A model generated the notes under the pieces. It had not been told where the DNA came from, searched no databases, and was given only the letters and a program-made list of their open reading frames with translations. A DNA stretch of 64,000 nt from Nitrospirota bacterium. GTDB lineage: Bacteria; Nitrospirota; Thermodesulfovibrionia; Thermodesulfovibrionales; JdFR-85. The position numbers and the translations under genes were made by a program. Below are positions 59,062 through 64,000 of the stretch, piece by piece; positions within the stretch are counted from its first letter, which is position 1; each line of letters starts with the position of its first letter. Location: the NCBI GenBank assembly GCA_015492645.1, contig WGER01000029.1:3621-67620 (forward strand), in the 5' to 3' direction.

Positions 59062-60049
59062 GGCCCCTCTGCTTGAACTCGGCAGGATGGCGGACGAGGT
59101 AAGAAGGGAATTTCATCCTGAAGGGGTGGTCACCTTTGTGGTTGACAGAAACATCAACTACACCAATGTATGTATAAACAGATGCCTCTTCTGCGCCTAT
59201 TACCGTGACAGGGATGACCCTGAGGCGTTTATTTTAGACAGAGAGAGTCTGAGTCAGAAGATCAGAGAAACCCTGGAACTCGGAGGGACTCAGATCCTCC
59301 TGCAGGGCGGACTCCACCCCGACCTTGGTCTCCAGTACTACAGAGACCTTTTCCGTTTTATTAAATCCCGCTTTGGTATCCACATCCATGGGTTATCACC
59401 ACCTGAGGTGGTCTATATCGCAAGGAAGGAGGGACTGACCGTGAGGGAGACACTGCTCGCCTTGAAAGAGGCGGGTCTTGACTCCATACCCGGTGGAGGT
59501 GCTGAGATACTCTCTGATAGGGTACGTAAGGTCCTGAGTCCGAGAAAGATAGGGTCTTCAGAGTGGCTTGAGGTGATGGAGGAGGCCCACAGGATTGGCA
59601 TGAAAACAACAGCCACAATGATGTTCGGTTCTATAGAGACCCCTGAAGAGATAATAGGGCATCTGGAAGCGATAAGAGAACTACAGGACCGAACAGGGGG
59701 GTTCACCGCCTTTATCCCCTGGAGTTTCCAGCCCAAAAACACAGCCCTATCACATTTAAGGCCAGCCACTGCCACTGAGTATCTCAGGGTCTTAGCGATC
59801 TCAAGACTCTATCTTGACAATATAAGAAACATTCAGGCATCATGGGTAACACAGGGGCTGGGCATAGCTCAGGTGGCGCTGAGGTTTGGGGCGAATGATC
59901 TGGGCTCCACCATGATTGAGGAGAATGTCGTAAGGGCAGCGGGGGTGACTTACAGGGCGCACCTTCAGGATTTGATCCAGATCATAAGGGATGCAGGATA
60001 CAGAGCGGCCCAGAGGAACACCTTTTACGAAATATTACGGTATTTTTAA
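59018..60049 (+). CDS. mqnC: Cyclic dehypoxanthine futalosine synthase (radical SAM)
   Basis: VDRNINYTNVCINRCLFCAY, QILLQGG, SIPGGGAEIL, TATMMFG, QASWVTQG, GSTMIEENVV. Confidence 0.9.
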   Translation: MKRLDKQEALELFTEAPLLELGRMADEVRREFHPEGVVTFVVDRNINYTNVCINRCLFCAYYRDRDDPEAFILDRESLSQKIRETLELGGTQILLQGGLHPDLGLQYYRDLFRFIKSRFGIHIHGLSPPEVVYIARKEGLTVRETLLALKEAGLDSIPGGGAEILSDRVRKVLSPRKIGSSEWLEVMEEAHRIGMKTTATMMFGSIETPEEIIGHLEAIRELQDRTGGFTAFIPWSFQPKNTALSHLRPATATEYLRVLAISRLYLDNIRNIQASWVTQGLGIAQVALRFGANDLGSTMIEENVVRAAGVTYRAHLQDLIQIIRDAGYRAAQRNTFYEILRYF

Positions 60050-60090
60050 GGGGAAGGTAAAGAGGTGAAAATCATCTTTGGAGGTGATTT

Positions 60091-60690
60091 ATGAAGAAAC
60101 CTATAATGAAGGACTATATCCTGGAACTCCACGAGATGTGTGTGAAGGCAGAAGAGGCCCTTTCATCGCTTTATAATGCCTTTATCTATAATAAGGAGTC
60201 GTTCATTAAGGAAGCAGACAAATATATCAAAGAAATAGAAAAGAAAGAAAAGGACCTTACCCAGAAATTGATTGATCTGTCTGCCACAGATGAGGTGGCC
60301 CGTGTATACGTTACAGTGCCAGTACATCTGGAACGGATCGCCTCCAACCTGAAACACATAGCCAGGGCAATCTCAGCAAAGATAGAGGAAAACCTGCTGT
60401 TCAGTGATAAGGCGGTGGAAGAGATCAACTACCTCTTCAGCAGGGTCAAGGAGATGATAGCGAATCTGAGTGACCTTATGTTAGCCCGTAATATCTTTCT
60501 TGCAAACTATATAAGTGAATCAGAAAAGGATGTGGAGAGGGCCGCATCAGAGTATGCAACACTACACGAAGAACGATTGATTGAAGGTCTCTGCCTGCCT
60601 AAGGCATCAGGGGTGTATGTGGTACTGCTGGATTCGATAAAGAGAATTGCCTGGAATGCGAAGGAGATCGCCAGGAAACTATCAAAGTAG
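60091..60690 (+). CDS. PhoU-like helical bundle protein
   Basis: Two helical repeats ending HLERIA and SIKRIA; HEERL.EG.C resembles the C-terminal domain of Na/Pi cotransporters. Confidence 0.65.
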   Translation: MKKPIMKDYILELHEMCVKAEEALSSLYNAFIYNKESFIKEADKYIKEIEKKEKDLTQKLIDLSATDEVARVYVTVPVHLERIASNLKHIARAISAKIEENLLFSDKAVEEINYLFSRVKEMIANLSDLMLARNIFLANYISESEKDVERAASEYATLHEERLIEGLCLPKASGVYVVLLDSIKRIAWNAKEIARKLSK

Positions 60691-61591
60691 TTTCACTCCA
60701 TCATACCTCAGACTCACAGAAGAGGAACTGCTCAGGCGTGCAGAAGAGGCCCTTGAGATACTCCGTAACTGTACCCTCTGTCCGAGACACTGTGAGGTAG
60801 ATAGAGTTTCTGGAGAAAGGGGGTTTTGCAGAACCGGTGATATGCCGATCATCTCAAGTTGGGGGCCTCATTTTGGTGAAGAGCCACCACTTGTTGGTCG
60901 GGGAGGTTCAGGAACGGTCTTTTTCACACACTGTAACTTAGGGTGTCTTTACTGTCAGAACTACACAATCAGCCACCTTGGCGAAGGACAGGAGGTCTCC
61001 TTTGAGAAACTCGCCTCTGTGATGCTCTCACTGCAACAGATGGGCTGTCACAATATAAACCTTGTAACACCAACCCATCAGGTACCCATGATACTGATGG
61101 CCTTGGTGATCGCAAGACAAAGGGGGCTGAGTCTGCCCATAGTCTACAACTGTGGAGGCTACGAATCTGTACAGACCCTGAAACTCCTGGAGGGAATAAT
61201 TGATATCTACATGCCTGATTTCAAATACTGGGACAGTGATGTGGCCAAAAGGTATTCCCTTGCTGAGGACTACCCCGACAGGGCGAAAGAGGCCCTGAAA
61301 GAGATGCACAGGCAGGTAGGTGATCTTGTGATAAATGCCGAGGGGATTGCTGAGAGGGGTCTTCTGGTAAGACATCTGGTTCTGCCAGGTGGATTGGCAG
61401 GCACTAAAGAAGTGGTGAGATTTATTGCAGAGGAGATCTCACGGGATACATATATAAACATCATGGACCAGTACCATCCATGCTACAGGGCCTTTGATCA
61501 TCCACCCCTGGACAGGAGGATCACCTCTTCAGAGTTTAGGGAGGCGGTCGAGTTTGCAAGGAGGGCGGGACTCAGGAGGATACTCTACTGA
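60647..61591 (+). CDS. PflX-like radical SAM protein
   Basis: CTLCPRHC, HFGEEPPL, GTVFFTHCNLGCLYCQN, HNINLVTP, YMPDFKY, VRHLVLPG; start uncertain (TTG 60647 or ATG 60656). Confidence 0.88.
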   Translation: MPGMRRRSPGNYQSSFTPSYLRLTEEELLRRAEEALEILRNCTLCPRHCEVDRVSGERGFCRTGDMPIISSWGPHFGEEPPLVGRGGSGTVFFTHCNLGCLYCQNYTISHLGEGQEVSFEKLASVMLSLQQMGCHNINLVTPTHQVPMILMALVIARQRGLSLPIVYNCGGYESVQTLKLLEGIIDIYMPDFKYWDSDVAKRYSLAEDYPDRAKEALKEMHRQVGDLVINAEGIAERGLLVRHLVLPGGLAGTKEVVRFIAEEISRDTYINIMDQYHPCYRAFDHPPLDRRITSSEFREAVEFARRAGLRRILY

Positions 61592-61592
61592 G

Positions 61593-61859
61593 ATGTCACC
61601 CCTTTTGAAGATAGTCTTCAGTCGTTTAACCGTTACCACCCTCAGACAGGCCAAGAGGCTGGTAAAGATAGTAATCGGCTTCACCCTTCTGATAATTGGC
61701 CTGGTGATGATAGTCACACCGGGGCCGGCCACAGTCGTGATACCCCTTGCGCTTGGTATACTGGCAGGGGAGTTTCTCTGGGCCAAATGGCTCCTCAACA
61801 AATTCAATTATGGCCTCACCAGACTATGGGGGATAAGGTGGAAGAGAAGAAGGCACTAA
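61593..61859 (+). CDS. PGPGW-domain small membrane protein
   Basis: IGFTLLIIGLVMIVTPGPA...LAGEFLWA pattern. Confidence 0.75.
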   Translation: MSPLLKIVFSRLTVTTLRQAKRLVKIVIGFTLLIIGLVMIVTPGPATVVIPLALGILAGEFLWAKWLLNKFNYGLTRLWGIRWKRRRH

Positions 61860-62335
61860 TACTACTTCTTATCCTGACATTGATTGCCGGATGTGGCTAT
61901 TCTTTAAAAAGGCCCTATACCACCAGGACAGTACATCTCATAGATGTCCAGAATCTCACCACAGAACCCGGACTGGATGACCTCTTCAGAAGGGTGTTTA
62001 CTGAGATGGCACTCCTGTACAATGTGAAACTTGACAGGGAAGCGGACATACAGTTAGAGGTGAAAATCTCCCGATTCGATCTGCAGATAATAACCCTTAA
62101 GAGGGACCTTGCAGCAGAGTATTCAATAACATTAATGGCAGATGTCTCTGTCAAAACATCCTCAGACATCAGGAACCTGAAGAATGTCTCTTCTGACTAT
62201 CTTGAGACCTTTGTCTCTCCTCAGAGTGTCTCAGCAATTCAGGCAGAGAAGGAACTGGCCTCTGAGAGGGCCATGGCAGAACTCTGCAGAAAGATACTAC
62301 TGGAGATGGAGTTTAATCTCGGCATATGGGATTGA
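61838..62335 (+). CDS. lptE: LptE-like lipoprotein
   Basis: Lipobox LIAGC followed by GY, N.T.EPGL; conserved position upstream of holA. Confidence 0.7.
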   Translation: MEEKKALILLLILTLIAGCGYSLKRPYTTRTVHLIDVQNLTTEPGLDDLFRRVFTEMALLYNVKLDREADIQLEVKISRFDLQIITLKRDLAAEYSITLMADVSVKTSSDIRNLKNVSSDYLETFVSPQSVSAIQAEKELASERAMAELCRKILLEMEFNLGIWD

Positions 62336-63201
62336 AGAGACTTTTCAGGGAGATTGACAGGGGGCTCAAAAGCCCTGTGTATATAATATATGTGGAGGAC
62401 CCTTTCCTGATCACCCAGATCATAAATCGTCTCAAAGATGGTCTCCCTGAGCCGGAAAGGGAAATAGCCATAACTGTTTACGATTTTGATTCTGCAGAGA
62501 GGCCATCTATGAAAGACCTTCTCCAAGACCTGAATACTCCAGGATTCCTCGGGAAAAAAAAGACTGTCGTCTTAAAATGGGCTGACAGATTGAAGAAGAC
62601 AGAAAAAGAGGACCTTCTCGGTTATCTCGGAAATCCCTCCCCAGATGTGCATCTCCTTATTATTCTCAGACAATTGCGAAAGACAGAGGATCTGCCCGGG
62701 CAATTTCCTACATTCCACATCCATCTTAACCGGGGGAATCTCTACTCCTATATCAGGGATGTTGCGTCCCAGAAGGGGCTCAGACTTTCAGAGGAGATGG
62801 TTAAGGCAATCGCTATTGTTTCTGGTGGCGATGCTGGCCTGATAAACAACGAACTGGAAAAGTTGAGTCTTCTTGAAGGAACTTCATCCGACAAGGATTC
62901 AAGGAAAATCCTTAAACCCCACCTTCTATCTCAACCCTCAAATGTCTTCTCACTTGCAGAGGCAATCCTGAGAAGGGACAAACAGAGGGCCTTCCAATTG
63001 CTATACATGCTATCAGATTATGACCCCTCACAGGTGGTAGGTGCACTAAACTGGGCATTTAAAGAGTCATTGAAAAAGGGGGAACACTCACAGGATTTTT
63101 ATAGACAGGCATTTCAGATCCTGCTTGAAGCGGATCTGAATATCAAAAATACAAGAAAATATCCCCTGGAGCATCTGCTCTTCAGGCTGTTTCTTCTTTG
63201 A
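62326..63201 (+). CDS. holA: DNA polymerase III delta subunit
   Basis: PVYIIY.EDPFL, LNTPGFLG.KK.VV, NELEKL, NVFSLAEAI; lptE-holA/rpsT context. Confidence 0.82.
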   Translation: MGLKRLFREIDRGLKSPVYIIYVEDPFLITQIINRLKDGLPEPEREIAITVYDFDSAERPSMKDLLQDLNTPGFLGKKKTVVLKWADRLKKTEKEDLLGYLGNPSPDVHLLIILRQLRKTEDLPGQFPTFHIHLNRGNLYSYIRDVASQKGLRLSEEMVKAIAIVSGGDAGLINNELEKLSLLEGTSSDKDSRKILKPHLLSQPSNVFSLAEAILRRDKQRAFQLLYMLSDYDPSQVVGALNWAFKESLKKGEHSQDFYRQAFQILLEADLNIKNTRKYPLEHLLFRLFLL

Positions 63202-63463
63202 GGACCCTATTTGCCTTTTTCATCAGGCGTGATATCCTCCGTGAGGCCGTATTTCTATGGATTACCCCCTTTGAGGCAGCCTTGGATATGGTCCTTATGG
63301 CCTCCCTCAGGTGAGTCTGGAGTGCCTCACGGTCCTTCTCAAGGATAGCCATTTCCACCTTTTTTGTGAAGGTCTTGATACGACTCTTCCAACTCTGATT
63401 CCTGAGTCTCCTCTTTTCCGCCTGTCTCACCCTCTTGAGGGCACTCAAATTCTTCCTGGGCAT
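63182..63463 (-). CDS. rpsT: 30S ribosomal protein S20
   Basis: SALKRVRQAEKRRLRN, KAASKGVIHRNTASRRISRL. Confidence 0.96.
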   Translation of the reverse strand: MPRKNLSALKRVRQAEKRRLRNQSWKSRIKTFTKKVEMAILEKDREALQTHLREAIRTISKAASKGVIHRNTASRRISRLMKKANRVLKEETA

Positions 63464-63514
63464 CTACTCCTCCTCTTCAGTTTATTAGATTATATTTAAA
63501 AGATGATCAATTCA

Positions 63515-64000
63515 TCAACTCTTCTTCTCTGCACTCAGTGACTTCAGGACCTTTATCCCCAGCGGGGTAATGGTGTACCCCTTCCTCTGACTGCTCCTGA
63601 TAAGGTTCATCTCCTTCAACTGCTTCATGTTTCTCCTTATATGCTCTGCAGGTATCTTCAATTGCTTCTCCAGGTCCTTTGAGGGTATGTAACCATGTTC
63701 TCTAAGCAACTTCAGGGTCTTTATGATCCAGGGCCTTGCATTTTTCTGGTCAGCAATGATCAACTGCTCCTTCAGTTCATTCAACTCAGAATCCTTTACA
63801 TTGCCCATTGCCTTCTTGTAATCCTCGATGTCCTCCCCGATAAACTCGAACTCCACTCTCACTGCCCTCTCCTTCTCAAAATCCACCTCTCTGTCAGCAA
63901 GTTCCTCAAAATCTCTTCTGAACTCCTCGAGGCTCTTTGCACCACACCTCTTCGCCTCCTCTTCCGTTACCTCACTGAGCCTCTTAAAATCTACATCAAG
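63515..64000 (-). CDS. ASCH-like domain plus winged-HTH protein, 5' end outside the window
   Basis: Frame open to the window edge: LDVDFKRLSEVTEEEAKRCGAKSLEEF...VRVEF, then wHTH (IRRNMKQLKEMNLI...GYTITPLG). Confidence 0.6.
   Translation of the reverse strand, partial: LDVDFKRLSEVTEEEAKRCGAKSLEEFRRDFEELADREVDFEKERAVRVEFEFIGEDIEDYKKAMGNVKDSELNELKEQLIIADQKNARPWIIKTLKLLREHGYIPSKDLEKQLKIPAEHIRRNMKQLKEMNLIRSSQRKGYTITPLGIKVLKSLSAEKKS

Overview
Gene-dense 64 kb chromosomal segment from a Gram-negative anaerobic bacterium, probably a thermophile of the Nitrospirota/Thermodesulfovibrionia type (inferred from gene content and E/K/R-rich proteins, not from a database search). Most of it is housekeeping: polA, fmt-def, uvrB, nadD-rsfS-rlmH, nadB, pyk, rsmA, hom, galU, lon, thiL, cdaA-cdaR-glmM-comEC, an EF-G paralogue, mglBA, mqnEC, lptE-holA and rpsT. 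Two loci stand out. (1) At 10.9-16.7 kb a protein-only RNase P (HARP) converges on an archaeal-type Rnl3/Pab1020 RNA ligase, which follows a DHH-CBS tRNA nucleotidyltransferase and a diguanylate cyclase; this looks like a tRNA end-processing or repair cluster. (2) At 42-57.7 kb a CODH/ACS cluster (acsE-D-C-B-cooS) runs into HydC- and HydB-like genes, a free-standing copy of the HydB C-terminal Fe-S module, a NuoG-like subunit with no catalytic ligand, and then porCDAB; this is a candidate electron-bifurcating CO dehydrogenase module. Non-coding signals include a family of MITE-like structured repeats (21.1, 29.9 and 40.4 kb), an IS200/IS605-like palindrome, a probable non-AUG start for rsfS, several apparently leaderless genes and strong AGCT depletion. 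I saw no CRISPR array, rRNA or tRNA gene.
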